NCBI GenBank assembly: GCA_963785305.1
Contig: CAWAUV010000007.1
Coordinates: forward strand, 352,001-416,000
Direction of reading: 5' to 3'
Length of the DNA stretch: 64,000 bases
From: an uncultured Planctomycetaceae bacterium
Lineage (GTDB): Bacteria; Planctomycetota; Planctomycetia; Pirellulales; PALSA-1355
Positions 20,985 to 32,857 of the stretch are shown piece by piece. A program made the position numbers and the translations under genes. The number at the start of each line of letters is the position of its first letter. Position 1 is the stretch's first letter. The notes under the pieces were generated by a model, which was not told the origin of the DNA, searched no databases, and was given only the letters and a program-made list of their open reading frames with translations.

Positions 20985-22622
20985 TCAGCCCGACTTGTTC
21001 TTATTGTAGCGCTCGATCAAGGCCGTGGTCGAACTATCGTGGTGCGATTGCTTTCGCACGCCGCCCTCCTCGAGTTCGGGCACGATGCGAGTCGCGAGCG
21101 CCTTGCCAAGCTCGACACCCCACTGGTCGAACGAATTGATATGCCAGATCGTGCCCTGGACAAAGACTTTGTGCTCATAGAGCGCCACCAGCTTGCCGAG
21201 CGCCGCGGGAGTGAGCCGCTCCAGCAGAAGCGTGTTCGTGGGATGGTTGCCGGGAAAGGTGCGATGCGGAATCTGAAAGTCGGCCACTCCGTCGGCCTTC
21301 ACTTCCGCGGCGGTCTTGCCAAAGGCCAGGGCCTCGGTTTGGGCGAAGAAATTGGCCATGAGCAGATCGTGATGGTTGCCCAACGGATTGAGGGTTTGCA
21401 TGAAGCCCAGAAAATCGCAGGGAATCAGCTTCGTGCCTTGATGGATAAGCTGGTAGTAGGCGTGTTGCCCGTTGGTGCCGGGAGTGCCCCACACGATCGG
21501 GCCGGTTTGGTAATCGACCCGCTTGCCATCGAGATTCACGCTTTTGCCGTTGCTCTCCATGTCGAGCTGCTGCAAATAGGCGCTGAACCGGCCGAGATAA
21601 TGGTCGTAGGGCAACACGGCGAGCGTTTGGGCATCGAAGAAGTCGTTGTACCAGAGGCCGATCAGGGCCAAGAGCACCGGCAAATTCTTCTCCAACGGGG
21701 CCGAGCGAAAATGTTGATCCATGGCGTGAAAACCGCCGAGCATTTCGCGAAAATTGTCGGGCCCGATCGCGATCATCAGCGAGAGTCCGATCGCCGAGTC
21801 GAACGAATAGCGCCCGCCGACCCAATCCCAGAAGCCGAACATGTTGGCGGTGTCGATGCCGAACTTCGCCACCTCCTTGGCATTGGTCGACACCGCGACA
21901 AAGTGCTTGGCCACGGCCGATTCCTCGACCAGCGTGTCGAGCAACCACTGTCGAGCCGAATGCGCGTTGGTCAGGGTTTCAATCGTGGTGAAGGTCTTCG
22001 ACGAAATCACGAACAGCGTTTCGGCCGGATCGAGATCACGCGTCGCCTCGACCAGGTCCGTGCCGTCGACATTCGACACGAAGCGGCAGGCGAGGTCGCG
22101 CTGGCTGTAGTGGCGCAGGGCTTCGTAGGCCATGACCGGGCCCAGGTCCGAGCCGCCGATGCCGATATTCACGATCGTGCGAATGCGCTTGCCGGTGGCG
22201 CCGCGCCAGTCGCCGTTGCGCACTCGATTCGAAAACTCGGCCATGCGATCGAGCACCGCATGCACCTCGGGCACGACATTCACGCCATCGACCAGAATCG
22301 TGGCGTCTCGCGGCGCGCGGAGCGCCGTATGGAGCACGGCCCGCTTTTCCGTGATATTGATTTTGTCGCCGGTGAACATCTGCACGATGCGATCCTTGAG
22401 CCGCGCCGACTCGGCCAAGGCCACCAGCAGCTTGAGTGTTTCGTCGGTGACGCGGTTCTTCGAATAATCGAGATACACGCCCACGGCGTCGAGCGCGAGC
22501 CGCTTGCCGCGCTCCGGGTCGTCGGCGAACAGGTCGCGCAGGCTCGCGTCTTTCAACTTCTCATGATGCGCGGCGAGCGCTTTCCACGCGGGAGTTTCGA
22601 TCAAGGGTGTTGGTTCAGACAT
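20985..22622 (-). CDS. pgi: Glucose-6-phosphate isomerase
   Basis: [42 protein letters not shown]. Confidence 0.98.
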   Translation of the reverse strand: MSEPTPLIETPAWKALAAHHEKLKDASLRDLFADDPERGKRLALDAVGVYLDYSKNRVTDETLKLLVALAESARLKDRIVQMFTGDKINITEKRAVLHTALRAPRDATILVDGVNVVPEVHAVLDRMAEFSNRVRNGDWRGATGKRIRTIVNIGIGGSDLGPVMAYEALRHYSQRDLACRFVSNVDGTDLVEATRDLDPAETLFVISSKTFTTIETLTNAHSARQWLLDTLVEESAVAKHFVAVSTNAKEVAKFGIDTANMFGFWDWVGGRYSFDSAIGLSLMIAIGPDNFREMLGGFHAMDQHFRSAPLEKNLPVLLALIGLWYNDFFDAQTLAVLPYDHYLGRFSAYLQQLDMESNGKSVNLDGKRVDYQTGPIVWGTPGTNGQHAYYQLIHQGTKLIPCDFLGFMQTLNPLGNHHDLLMANFFAQTEALAFGKTAAEVKADGVADFQIPHRTFPGNHPTNTLLLERLTPAALGKLVALYEHKVFVQGTIWHINSFDQWGVELGKALATRIVPELEEGGVRKQSHHDSSTTALIERYNKNKSG

Positions 22623-22635
22623 CCGGCAAGCTCCT

Positions 22636-24276
22636 TCATGCGAGGGCGGCGGTGACGATCTTTTGGGCTTCGGCCACGATCCGATTCAAATGCTCTTCGT
22701 CGCGAAAGCTTTCCGCGTAAATCTTGTAAATGTGTTCGGTGCCCGACGGCCGGGCGGCAAACCAGCCATTGGCCGCCACGACCTTGAGCCCGCCGATCGG
22801 GGCGTTGTTGCCGGGCGCCCGAGTCAGCTTGGCCGTGATCGGTTCGCCAGCCAGCTCGGTGTCGCGCACCGCCTCGGGCGAGAGCTTTTGTAGCTTGGCC
22901 TTTTGCTCGGGCGAGGCGGGGGCGTCGATCCGCGTGTAGCAGGGAGCGCCGAATTCCCGGGCGAGCTCGAGATAGTGTTGGCCGGGGTCTTTGCCGGTGG
23001 TGGCCATGATTTCGGCGGCCAGCAGGTTCATGATGATGCCGTCCTTGTCGGTGCTCCACACCGTGCCATCGTGGCGCAGGAAGCTGGCGCCGGCGCTTTC
23101 CTCGCCGCCGAAACAGCAGGAGCCATCGAACAGGCCGGGGGCAAACCATTTGAAACCCACGGGAGTTTCGCGAAGCTTGCGCCCCAAGCTCGCCACCACC
23201 CGATCGATGAGCGCGCTGCTGACCAGGGTCTTCCCGACCACCGCTTCGGGCGACCAGCGCGGGCGATGCGTGAGCAAATATCGGATCGCGACGGCTAGGT
23301 AATGGTTCGGGTTCATGAGGCCGACGCTAGGGGTGACGATGCCGTGGCGATCGGCGTCGGGATCGTTGGCAAAGGCCACCTGGAAGCGATCCTTGAGCTT
23401 CACCAGGGCCGCCATGGCCCAGGGGCTCGAGCAGTCCATGCGAATCTTGCCATCGTGATCCACGGTCATGAACGAAAACGTGGGATCGATTTTCGGGTTC
23501 ACCACCTCGATTTCGAGTCCATAGAAGTCGTTGATCGGCTCCCAATATCCCACCGAGGCGCCGCCCAGCGGATCGACGCCCAGCTTCAGCCGCGCCGCGC
23601 GAATCGCCGGCATGTCGATCACATTCGCCAAGTCCTCGACATAGGGTCGGACAAAATCTTGCGGGTGCGTGGTCGGGGCCCCGATCGCCGAGGAATACGA
23701 CACCCGCTTCACGTCGACCAGATTGCCGGTCAGCAACTCGTTCGCGCGGCGCTCGATCCAGTTCGTGACATCGGTGTCGGCCGGGCCGCCATTGGTCGGA
23801 TTGTATTTGAATCCGCCATCGGTCGGCGGATTGTGCGAGGGCGTAATCACCACCCCATCGGCCAGACCCTCGGCGCGACTGCGGTTGTAAACCAAGATCG
23901 CGCGCGAGATGACCGGCGTGGGCGTGTAGCCATCGCCGCGCTGAATGAGGGTTTCGACTTTATTGGCCGCGAGCACTTCGAGCGCGGTGCGCTCGGCCGG
24001 CCGACTGAGTCCGTGCGTGTCCTTGCCCATCAACAGCGGACCGCTGACTCCGTGGGCAGCGCGATAATCGCAAATCGCCTGCGTGATCGCGAGGATATGC
24101 GCTTCGTTAAACGTGCCTTTATCCGGTCGGCCGCGATGCCCGCTGGTGCCGAAGCTCACTCGCTCGAGCGGGTTCGACGGGTCGGGTTTGCGAGCGTGGT
24201 ATTCCTTTTCGAGCTCGCCGACATCGACGAGCATTTCGCGCTGAGCCGGTTTGCCGGCATAAGGACTAAGAGCCAT
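22636..24276 (-). CDS. pgm: Phosphoglucomutase (alpha-D-glucose-1,6-bisphosphate-dependent)
   Basis: [33 protein letters not shown]. Confidence 0.97.
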   Translation of the reverse strand: MALSPYAGKPAQREMLVDVGELEKEYHARKPDPSNPLERVSFGTSGHRGRPDKGTFNEAHILAITQAICDYRAAHGVSGPLLMGKDTHGLSRPAERTALEVLAANKVETLIQRGDGYTPTPVISRAILVYNRSRAEGLADGVVITPSHNPPTDGGFKYNPTNGGPADTDVTNWIERRANELLTGNLVDVKRVSYSSAIGAPTTHPQDFVRPYVEDLANVIDMPAIRAARLKLGVDPLGGASVGYWEPINDFYGLEIEVVNPKIDPTFSFMTVDHDGKIRMDCSSPWAMAALVKLKDRFQVAFANDPDADRHGIVTPSVGLMNPNHYLAVAIRYLLTHRPRWSPEAVVGKTLVSSALIDRVVASLGRKLRETPVGFKWFAPGLFDGSCCFGGEESAGASFLRHDGTVWSTDKDGIIMNLLAAEIMATTGKDPGQHYLELAREFGAPCYTRIDAPASPEQKAKLQKLSPEAVRDTELAGEPITAKLTRAPGNNAPIGGLKVVAANGWFAARPSGTEHIYKIYAESFRDEEHLNRIVAEAQKIVTAALA

Positions 24277-24317
24277 GATCGTCGTCTTTCTCTTTCCGCG
24301 AATGAGGCGTCGCCGCG

Positions 24318-24935
24318 TTAGTGCTCGGCGGCGGTCGTGTCGTTCCAGCGCCGCAGCACGGGCTCGGCCAAGGAGTGTTCATAACCCAGGATGCTCACGC
24401 TTGCCGTGCCCAGCGTGAGCAACCGACCACACGATGCATCGAGCCCCAGCCAGCGCGCGGCGATCACGCGCAGGATATGAGCGCTCGAAAACACGAGCGT
24501 CGTTTGGGCAACCGAATCGCCGCTCGCGGGGCCGCCTCGCAGGCGGGCGATGAACGCATCGGCGCGGGCCCCGATCTCGGCCACCGATTCGCCGCCCGGA
24601 CAGCCATCGCGAAAGATCCGCCAGTCGGGCCACTGCCGCTGGATGTCGGACGTCGTGCGACCTTCGCATTCGCCGTAGTTCCATTCGACCAGCCGCGAGT
24701 CCAGTTCGGCCCGGGACGCGAATCCGGCCAGTTCGCAGGTCCGCCGCGCTCGCTGGAGCGGGCTCGTGAGCACTTGGTCGAAGGCGATGTTCTTTAAATA
24801 CGCACCAAGTTTTTTCGCATTTTGCTCGCCGCGCGGCGTGAGCGGGATATCGGTCAGCCCCGTATGTTGGCCCGAAAGGCTCCAGGCGGTTTCGCCGTGG
24901 CGAGCCAGATACACGATGGGAAGCGCGTCGCTCAT
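24318..24935 (-). CDS. Histidine phosphatase (phosphoglycerate mutase family)
   Basis: [19 protein letters not shown] motifs. Confidence 0.9.
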   Translation of the reverse strand: MSDALPIVYLARHGETAWSLSGQHTGLTDIPLTPRGEQNAKKLGAYLKNIAFDQVLTSPLQRARRTCELAGFASRAELDSRLVEWNYGECEGRTTSDIQRQWPDWRIFRDGCPGGESVAEIGARADAFIARLRGGPASGDSVAQTTLVFSSAHILRVIAARWLGLDASCGRLLTLGTASVSILGYEHSLAEPVLRRWNDTTAAEH

Positions 24936-24949
24936 GCTTGGCTCCATCG

Positions 24950-25640
24950 TTAGGCGCGAGGTCCGAAGAGAAGCGATTCCACCACGCCCGCGCGGAGCGT
25001 GATGACCGTGGGCCGCATATTGAGGAAGAGGCCCGTGTCCACCACCCCCGGCACGGTCAGGATTTGCCGCTCGATTTCAAAGGGGTCGACCATGGGCGAG
25101 GTCTGACAATCGAGAATCAAATTTCCGTTGTCGGTGACGAACGGCTCGCCATTGTGGCAGCGCACTTCACTGGCAATGCCGCGTGCCCAAAGATCGCGGC
25201 TGGCCGGGCCCCGCGCGAACGGCACGATTTCCACCGGCAACTTGCCATGGGCGCCAAGCGTGGGCACGAACTTTTCCGGTCCCACGAGCACCAGAAACTT
25301 CGCGGCCGACGCGGCGACGATTCTTTCCCGCACCAGCGCTCCGCCATAGCCCTTGATGAGTTGCCCCGCCGGGTCGACTTCGTCGGCGCCATCGACCGCC
25401 AAGTCCAAGGTCGGACATTCATCGAAACTCGTCAGCGGCACGCCGACCAACCGGGCCAAATGCGCCGATGACTGCGAGGTGGGCACGCCGCGCGCCTTGA
25501 GCCCGCCCGCCACCCGGGCGCCGAGCGCGTATGAAGGCTTCGCTGGCATGTCCGCTGCCGAGCCCAAGCGTTGCCCCGTCGGCGACATGCTTCAGGGCTT
25601 CGGCGGCAATCAGATCGAGCGAAAGAGGGTCGATAGTCAT
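24950..25640 (-). CDS. rpiA: Ribose-5-phosphate isomerase A (frameshift near 25530)
   Basis: LGLGSG, DGADEVD, LIKGYGGALVRE, TDNGN, PGVVDTGLF. Confidence 0.93.
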
Positions 25641-25773
25641 GGTGGCCAAAGTCAAGGATGAATACGGTCGGTCGGACGGAGCGATTCGGGTTCATGGCGC
25701 GTCGCCCGGGGGGGCGCCGCTCCGCGAAGGCGGGCGCCGCGAGTCCGGAAAACGCTCCCCACGCTAACGCAAT

Positions 25774-26466
25774 TTAGGCTTTGGCGCCAGCCGCCGCCCG
25801 ATCGGCGAGCACCGTGGCGCGCGACTGTTCGACCCGGCCAGCCGGGATTCCGCGGTCGGCGCTCCGCAGGCCGATCAGGGCGTCGCGCTTGTCGTCGCCG
25901 GTGATGAGCCACAGGATTTGCCGGGCCGCATTCAGCGCTGGATAAGTTAGTGTCATGCGGCGCCGGCCTTGATATTCCTTGCTAATGGCCACGGTGGCGT
26001 CGCGAATGTCGAGCGTCGCGTCGCCCGGCACGAGCGACGCCGTGTGGCCATCGGGCCCAATGCCCAAATGCACGAGATCGATCACCGGCGGTTCCCCGGC
26101 GACGCGGGCCAGCGACTGGCCATAATCGCGAGCCGCCGCCACGAGATCGGGCGATTCGACCGGCATCACATGGATGTTTTCCTTGGGAATCGGGGCCGCC
26201 GAGAGCAGGCACTCCCGCAAATGGGTGAGGTTTCGCGCCGGATCGCCGTCGGGCGCCACTCGCTCGTCGACCTGCACGACATGGAACTTGCTCCAATCGA
26301 GCGGCTCCTTGGCCAGGAGGCCGAACATTTGCCAGGGGCCGCGCCCGCCGCTTACGGCAAGGATGAATTTGCCTCGCTCGGCAATGGCGTCGCGAGCGGC
26401 CTCGGCGATGAACCGAGCGCCAGCCGCGCCGGCGGCGTCGGCCGTGTCAAAGATTTCGACTTGCAT
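25774..26466 (-). CDS. pgl: 6-phosphogluconolactonase
   Basis: SGG, DERV, LGIGPDGHTASL, RRMTLT; adjacent to zwf. Confidence 0.92.
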   Translation of the reverse strand: MQVEIFDTADAAGAAGARFIAEAARDAIAERGKFILAVSGGRGPWQMFGLLAKEPLDWSKFHVVQVDERVAPDGDPARNLTHLRECLLSAAPIPKENIHVMPVESPDLVAAARDYGQSLARVAGEPPVIDLVHLGIGPDGHTASLVPGDATLDIRDATVAISKEYQGRRRMTLTYPALNAARQILWLITGDDKRDALIGLRSADRGIPAGRVEQSRATVLADRAAAGAKA

Positions 26467-26548
26467 GCGAACACCTGGTATTTCGACGTGGAAAACGTTC
26501 GTGCAGCTCCGCAATGACGGTCGTGCACGCGCGGCGACGTGATCGTTC

Positions 26549-27949
26549 TCATGCCGACGTCTCGGGAGTCTCCATCCGCGGCGCGTGCCAGCCGCGCGGG
26601 GGCAAGAGGTTCATGTCCACCTCGCTCGGGCCCCAGCTGCCTTGATCGTAGGTATAGAGCGTCGTGCCGCCGTCGAGCGCCGGGTCGACGATCCGCCACG
26701 ACTCCTCGACCGCGTCCTCGCGGGCAAACAGTGTCGCGTCGCCGCGGATCGCGTCGCCCAGCAGGCGCTCGTAAGCGTCCATTTCGTCGCCCTCGGGCTG
26801 ATGGCTCATGATCAGTTCCTCGGGATGTCCGATCATGTACTCGCCGGGCGCCTTGAGCATCGAGCCGATGGCGATCGACACGTCGGGGCTCAGGCGAAAA
26901 CGGACATAATTCGGCGGCGGCGGCGACTTGGAATACACGGCCGGCGGCCGGCGGAGCGTGACGAACACTTCGGTGCAAGTTAGCGGCAGGCATTTGCCGG
27001 CGCGAATAAAGATCGGCACTCCCTGCCAGCGCCAGTTGTTGATTTCGATCTTGATCGCGGCGAAGGTCTCGACCTGCGAATGGGGATCGACGCCCGGCTC
27101 CTTGCGATAATTCTTGAACTGGCCGCGCACCAAGTTCGCGGGGTCGATCGGAGCGATCGCCTTCAGCACCTTGGCCTTTTCGTCGCGCGTGGCTTCGGGA
27201 TCGCCGGCCGCGGGCGGCTCCATGGTGAGAATCGCCACGAGCTGCGCCAAGTGGTTTTGCACCACGTCGCGCACACAGCCGACTTCCTCGTAAAAAGCTC
27301 CGCGGCCCTTCACGCCGAATGCCTCGGCCATCGTGATCTGAATGCTCTCGATATAGTTGCGGTTCCAGATCGGCTCGAGAAACGAATTCGCGAAGCGGAA
27401 GAACAGCAGATTCTGCACCGGCTCCTTGCCCAAATAATGGTCGATGCGATAGATCGACTTTTCCGGAAAATTGCTCAGCAAGATCGCGTTGAGCTTCTGC
27501 GCCGATTCGAGATCGCGGCCAAAAGGCTTTTCGACCACGACCCGGGCGTTTTTCGCGCAGCCCGACTTGCCGAGCTGCTCGATCACATCGGCGAACATCA
27601 CCGGCGGAATCGCCAAGTAGTGCAACGGACGCTCGGCCGAGCCGAGCTCCTTGCGCAGCCGCTCGAAGAGCGACGGGTCGTGATAATCGCCATCGACATA
27701 TTTGAGGAGCGCGGCGAATTTATCGAACGTCTGCATGTCGACGTCCTTGACGTTCTTTTGCAGACTGTCCTTGGCGCGGTTCTTGAGATCCTCGAGCTTC
27801 CAGTCGCTCTTGGCCACGCCGATCACCGGAATATTGAGATGGCCGCGTTTGCACATCCAATAGAGCGCGGGAAATATCTTCTTATAGGCCAAGTCTCCGG
27901 TGGCCCCGAAGAACACAAGAGCATCGGATTGCGGCGTCGTGTGCATCAT
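26549..27949 (-). CDS. zwf: Glucose-6-phosphate 1-dehydrogenase
   Basis: GATGDLA, EKPFG, RIDHYLGKE, RDVVQNHL. Confidence 0.97.
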   Translation of the reverse strand: MMHTTPQSDALVFFGATGDLAYKKIFPALYWMCKRGHLNIPVIGVAKSDWKLEDLKNRAKDSLQKNVKDVDMQTFDKFAALLKYVDGDYHDPSLFERLRKELGSAERPLHYLAIPPVMFADVIEQLGKSGCAKNARVVVEKPFGRDLESAQKLNAILLSNFPEKSIYRIDHYLGKEPVQNLLFFRFANSFLEPIWNRNYIESIQITMAEAFGVKGRGAFYEEVGCVRDVVQNHLAQLVAILTMEPPAAGDPEATRDEKAKVLKAIAPIDPANLVRGQFKNYRKEPGVDPHSQVETFAAIKIEINNWRWQGVPIFIRAGKCLPLTCTEVFVTLRRPPAVYSKSPPPPNYVRFRLSPDVSIAIGSMLKAPGEYMIGHPEELIMSHQPEGDEMDAYERLLGDAIRGDATLFAREDAVEESWRIVDPALDGGTTLYTYDQGSWGPSEVDMNLLPPRGWHAPRMETPETSA

Positions 27950-28076
27950 GGTGTGCGATAGGCTCCTTGGGTCAACGAACAAGGCTCATAAACAATCGCG
28001 ACGGATTCGCCGGCGCGAGCCACCCCGTCGCGGCGCACTCGAAAAAGTCGGTCCGCGGGAACGATCCCGAATCCGG

Positions 28077-29093
28077 TCACGCGCTCGGCTTTTCCTTGTG
28101 TCCGCCGAACTCGAAACGCATGGCCGAGAGCAGTTTGTCGGCGAAGCCCGCCTCGCCACGCGAGGAAAATCGTTCGTAAAGCGCCGTGGTAAGCACCGGC
28201 GCCGGCACGGCTTCATCGATGGCGGCCTTGATCGTCCAGCGGCCTTCGCCCGAATCGGAAACTCGGCCGGCGAAGTTCGCCAACCCAGGATCCTTGACCA
28301 GCGCGGCGGCGCTCAGGTCCAAGAGCCAAGAAGCCACCACGCTGCCGCGGCGCCAAACTTCGGCCACATCGGCCACGTTGATATCGTATTGATAGAGATC
28401 CGGATCGCGGAGCGGCGTGGTTTCGGCGTCGTCTTCTTGCTTGGTCTTGCCGACATTGGCGTGGGCCAAGATCGAGAGCCCCTCGGCATAGGCGGCCATC
28501 AGGCCATATTCGATGCCGTTGTGAACCATTTTCACGAAGTGACCCGCGCCGTTGGGACCGCAGTGCAGGTAACCATGTTCCGCGGTGCCGCCCATTTTCT
28601 CGCGGCCGGGCGTCGGCGGAGCGGCGTCGCGTGGCGGGGCCAAGGCGGCGAAGATCGGGTCGAGATGTTTCACCACGTCTTTTTCGCCGCCGATCATTTC
28701 GCAGTATCCGCGCTCGAGTCCCCACACACCGCCGCTGGTGCCGACATCGACATAGTGGATGCCCTTGGGCTTCAGTTCCTTGGCCCGGCGAATGTCGTCG
28801 ACGTAGTACGAATTGCCGCCGTCGATCAGAATGTCGCCTTTTTCCAGATGCGGCAGCAGGGCTTCGATCGTTTTGTCGACCACGGCGGCGGGCACCATGA
28901 TCCAAAGCGCGCGCGGCTTTTCGAGTTTCTCGACCAACTCCTTGAGCGACCCGGCGCCGGTGGCGCCCTCTTTCGTCATGGCGGCGACAGCGGCCGGCGC
29001 CATGTCGAACACCACGCATTTATGCCCGGCCTTCATCAGCCGGCGCACCATGTTGGCGCCCATTCGGCCTAGTCCGATCATTGCCAATTGCAT
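28077..29093 (-). CDS. gnd: Decarboxylating 6-phosphogluconate dehydrogenase (short form)
   Basis: [36 protein letters not shown]. Confidence 0.96.
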   Translation of the reverse strand: MQLAMIGLGRMGANMVRRLMKAGHKCVVFDMAPAAVAAMTKEGATGAGSLKELVEKLEKPRALWIMVPAAVVDKTIEALLPHLEKGDILIDGGNSYYVDDIRRAKELKPKGIHYVDVGTSGGVWGLERGYCEMIGGEKDVVKHLDPIFAALAPPRDAAPPTPGREKMGGTAEHGYLHCGPNGAGHFVKMVHNGIEYGLMAAYAEGLSILAHANVGKTKQEDDAETTPLRDPDLYQYDINVADVAEVWRRGSVVASWLLDLSAAALVKDPGLANFAGRVSDSGEGRWTIKAAIDEAVPAPVLTTALYERFSSRGEAGFADKLLSAMRFEFGGHKEKPSA

Positions 29094-29344
29094 AGGAGGT
29101 TCGCCTTTCCCGAGCGAAGAAGATTCCAATCCAGAACAACGCCCGCCGATGGCCGACGCGTTGGGCTTCCGATGGCCACCCAAGAGCAAAGCTTATGCCA
29201 TTGGCGCCGCGCTCGAAAGGGGATGGTGGCGATTCATCACAAGATATTCATCTTCGATCGCCCGAGAGGGTCGGTGTCTGGGATCGCCCGACGGGTCGGC
29301 GTCGGGGCAATGCGATCGAAGCATCGCTCGTGATATTAGAATTA

Positions 29345-30379
29345 TTAATCATCGCCCTTCGCGGCCACGGCGAGCGCTCCATGCACGACCACCAATTCGC
29401 CCAATTCCGAGCGAGCCACGCGGCAAACGCCGCGCAGCGGTGGGAACACATAGCGATCGATCTCGCGCCGCAGCGGATCGAGCAGCAAACTTTCCTCGGC
29501 CAGCGCTACCCCGCCGCCGACGACCGCCACGCCCGGCGCCAGCAACGTGATCGCTTGGGCGATGGCCCACCCCAATGCTTGCGCCGCGCGCAGTAATACA
29601 TCGCGGGCCAACTCATTGCCTTCGCTCGCGGCCTGGGCCACGATCTTCGTCGTGAGCTGTTCGACCTGTCCGTCGCACCGCTCGAGCAGATCGGCCGCAT
29701 ATTCCTCGGCGGCTTCTTCGGCCTCGATCAGCCGCTGGCGCACTTGCTCCGGGCGCTGGGCGTCGCCGGCGCGATTGAACAGCAAGAACTGGCGGCCGGC
29801 CGGCTCGATCAATCGCGCTTGCGCCGCCGCCGCGATGCCCCAGCCACTGGCGAGCGACTCGACGGTTTGGTCGGGCTCGACGGCGTTGAGGCCCGGTCGC
29901 AAATGACCGATCTCGGCCACGGCCGAGCCGGCGCCGTGGTGCAGGTTGCCGTCGATCACGAGCCCGCCGCCAATGCCGCTGCCCACCGTGACATAGAGCA
30001 CCACGCGCTCATGGCGCCCGGCGCCGAATCGCGCCTCGGCCAGACACGCGGCGTCGCAGTCGTTGATGATTCGGGCCGGGAGGCCGAGCCGCCGCCGGCA
30101 CCAGTCGCCGAGGGAGAAATCGTCCCAACCCTCGACCTGATGGCTCTTGATCGTGTGTCCGCCAGCGGCGTCGACCGGTCCGCCAAAGCCGATGCCGATG
30201 GCGCGAACCTGATGCCGATGGATCAGCAACTGCGCGGCCGGCTCGATCTGTTCGAGAATTCCGAGGGCGCCCAACTCGGGCCGGATTTCGAAACGCTCCA
30301 AGGCGCGCAAGGGTCCGCCATCGCCGGCGCCGACCCCCAATTGCAATTTCGTGCCGCCGATCTCGATGCCTAAAAACAT
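29345..30379 (-). CDS. ROK family sugar kinase
   Basis: GIEIGGTK, NDCDAACLAE, GSGIGGG, EIGH. Confidence 0.92.
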   Translation of the reverse strand: MFLGIEIGGTKLQLGVGAGDGGPLRALERFEIRPELGALGILEQIEPAAQLLIHRHQVRAIGIGFGGPVDAAGGHTIKSHQVEGWDDFSLGDWCRRRLGLPARIINDCDAACLAEARFGAGRHERVVLYVTVGSGIGGGLVIDGNLHHGAGSAVAEIGHLRPGLNAVEPDQTVESLASGWGIAAAAQARLIEPAGRQFLLFNRAGDAQRPEQVRQRLIEAEEAAEEYAADLLERCDGQVEQLTTKIVAQAASEGNELARDVLLRAAQALGWAIAQAITLLAPGVAVVGGGVALAEESLLLDPLRREIDRYVFPPLRGVCRVARSELGELVVVHGALAVAAKGDD

Positions 30380-30456
30380 GCGCTTGCTCGAGCCACGGTT
30401 GCGTGTGGGACTGAATTTCGCGTCTTCGGCCTTATCGGCTCCGGCCGCTTCCATCG

Positions 30457-31077
30457 CTAGCCTTGGTGGACCACCGCATGGCGGCCCTCGTGATTAATTC
30501 GGGCATAAACGTCGTTGAGCACCCAATGAAACAGGCAGAGATGAATGCTCTCGACCATGCCCATGTCGTCGAGCGCCACATGGCAACCATGTTGGGCGAT
30601 CTGACGCAGCTTGCCGCCCGAGTAGCCGGTCAGACCGAAGGTGCGGAGGCCGTGGCGGTTGGCCCAATCGACGGCGGCGAGCACATTGGGGCTATTGCCC
30701 GAACCGCTGATCGCCACGAGCAGGTCGCCCTTGCGGCCATAGTTCATGAGCTGCTGAACGAAGATCTGGTCGTAGCCCACATCGTTGCCCACGGCCAGGA
30801 GCCAGCCCACGTTGTCGGTGAGACTGAGCACTTTGAGGCGTCTCTTGGATTCGTCGCGCAGGTCCTCGGGTCGGAGCGAGCTTTTGCCGAGGTCTTCGGC
30901 CATGTGCGAGGCCGTGGTGGCCGAGCCGCCATTGCCGACGATGTAGATGAATCGGTCGTCGCGCCAGGCTTCGTGGATCCAGTCGGCCCAGCGGCGCACA
31001 TCTTCCTCGGCCACGTCGGCCAGTTCCTTGCGCAATCGCTCGATATAAGGACCGATATGTAACGCGGCGCCGAGCAT
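30457..31077 (-). CDS. SIS-domain sugar isomerase (GmhA-like)
   Basis: GNGGS, AVGND, ISGSGNSPN, ESIH. Confidence 0.9.
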   Translation of the reverse strand: MLGAALHIGPYIERLRKELADVAEEDVRRWADWIHEAWRDDRFIYIVGNGGSATTASHMAEDLGKSSLRPEDLRDESKRRLKVLSLTDNVGWLLAVGNDVGYDQIFVQQLMNYGRKGDLLVAISGSGNSPNVLAAVDWANRHGLRTFGLTGYSGGKLRQIAQHGCHVALDDMGMVESIHLCLFHWVLNDVYARINHEGRHAVVHQG

Positions 31078-31226
31078 GGCGGCTAGTTCTCCCTGGCAAA
31101 AAAACTCTGGCGCGGCGGATTTCGCGAACTCTCGGGCAATCGACTCGCCGGCCAATAGCATTGTAAAGCGCGATCTTGGCGTTGCACAACCGAAAGGCAT
31201 GTCGCGGCCGGTGGCGATACCGTACA

Positions 31227-31279
31227 CTAGCAGCCTCGCGCGGCGGCGCGGCCAGTTGAATATTTCAGCAGGCTGCTAG
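31227..31279. repeat. Internally deleted 53-bp relative of the 3284-4908 MITE
   Basis: CTAGCAGCC...GCGGCGGCGCGGCCAGTTGAATATTTCAGCAGGCTGCTAG matches 4869-4908 with 3 substitutions. Confidence 0.75.
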
Positions 31280-31385
31280 CGGCGCCGAAGTCGAAATCCG
31301 CGGCATCGCGGTATTGGCAAATGCCGGAAAGCGCGGCGCCGACGGCCCATTTTTCCTTCACCCGCGACGGACGACCAACTCGAGC

Positions 31386-32857
31386 ATGAGCGACTGGGGC
31401 GCCACCGGCGAGACGGTTCCAGCAGCGCCTTCGCGCCGGGCGCCTATTGGTCGCTCGGGCTGCTGATCTCGATCAACCTGCTGAATTATGTCGATCGCTT
31501 CGTGCTCGCCGCCGTGGCGCCGCGAATCAAAGACGATCTCTTTGCCGCCGGCAACCCAGAGGCCGCTTACTGGCTCGCCTGGGATCCCGACGTTCGCGCC
31601 TGGATGGGCCTCTTGCCCGCGGCGTTTCTCGTGTCCTACATGATCGCGAGCCCGTTGTTCGGCTGGCTGGGAGATCGGATCAATCGCTGGGTGCTGATCG
31701 CCTGCGGCGTGTTGGCTTGGAGTTTGGCGTCGGGCGCGTCGGGCCTCGCGACCTCGTTTGGCATGCTGCTCGCCTCGCGGCTCATGGTGGGCATTGGCGA
31801 GGCAGCCTACGCGCCGGTGGCGCCGACCCTGATCGCCGACCAGTTTCCGGTGGATCATCGCAGCCGAATGCTTTCCTATTTCTATATCGCAATTCCGGTC
31901 GGCAGCGCGCTGGGATATGCCTTTGGTGGCGTGGTCGCGTCGCACTGGACATGGCACTGGGCGTTTTTCTTGTCGGTTCCACCTGGAATCGCGCTGGCGC
32001 TGGTCGCGTTGTTCATGCGCGAGCCGGCGCGAGGGCAATCCGAACATGCGGCGGCGGCGGCGCCCAAGGCGAGTTGGCGTGACTACAAGGCGTTTCTAAA
32101 AACGCCCTCCTATGTGTTCGCCACGCTCGGCATGACCGCCCTCACTTTCGCCATGGGCGGCATCGCGTTTTGGATTCCCGAATATGTCGCCGAATATCGC
32201 CATATTTGGTCTCTCGAACGCGTCAACATCACCTTCGGCGGCGTGACGGTCGTGTCGGGGCTCAGCGCCACCCTGCTCGGCGGCTGGACGGCCGACAAAT
32301 TGCAAAAACGCTGGAAAGGCAGTTACTTTATCGTCTCCGGCATCGGGGCCATTCTTGCCGCGCCCTGTTTCCTGGGCGTGCTCTATGCGCCCATATCGAG
32401 TCCTTGGCAGCTCTGGGCGCTGATCTTCGCCACGGAGTTTTGCTTGTTCTTCAACACCGGGCCGGCCAATGCGATCTTGGCCAATGTCACGCACCCCTCG
32501 GTGCGCGCGTCGGCGTTTGCCTTCAATATTTTGATTATTCATTTGTTCGGCGATGTGATCTCGCCGACGCTCATCGGCAAGATCACCGATCGCTATGGCG
32601 GCAACATGAACACCGGCTTCGCGACCGTGTCGCTCGTGATCTTCTTGGCCGGCGTCCTTTGGCTCTGCGGCACGCCGTTTCTCGGGCGCGACACACGCCT
32701 CGCGCTCGACTCGGCAAGGCGCGCCGGCGCCCGACCCGACCGGGCCGGGTCGCGACCCCGCGCCTTGTTAGCAAGCCGCGCTCAATGCGCGGCGATCGCG
32801 GCGAGGAACGTCTTGGCTCGGCCGGATTGGCCCGCGTCGTCGCAGGCTTTTTTGTAG
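31386..32857 (+). CDS. MFS transporter, spinster family (both ends uncertain because of indels)
   Basis: INLLNYVDR upstream of ORF 31502; FGWLGDR, GIGEAAY, IHLFGD; about 12 TM segments. Confidence 0.9.
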
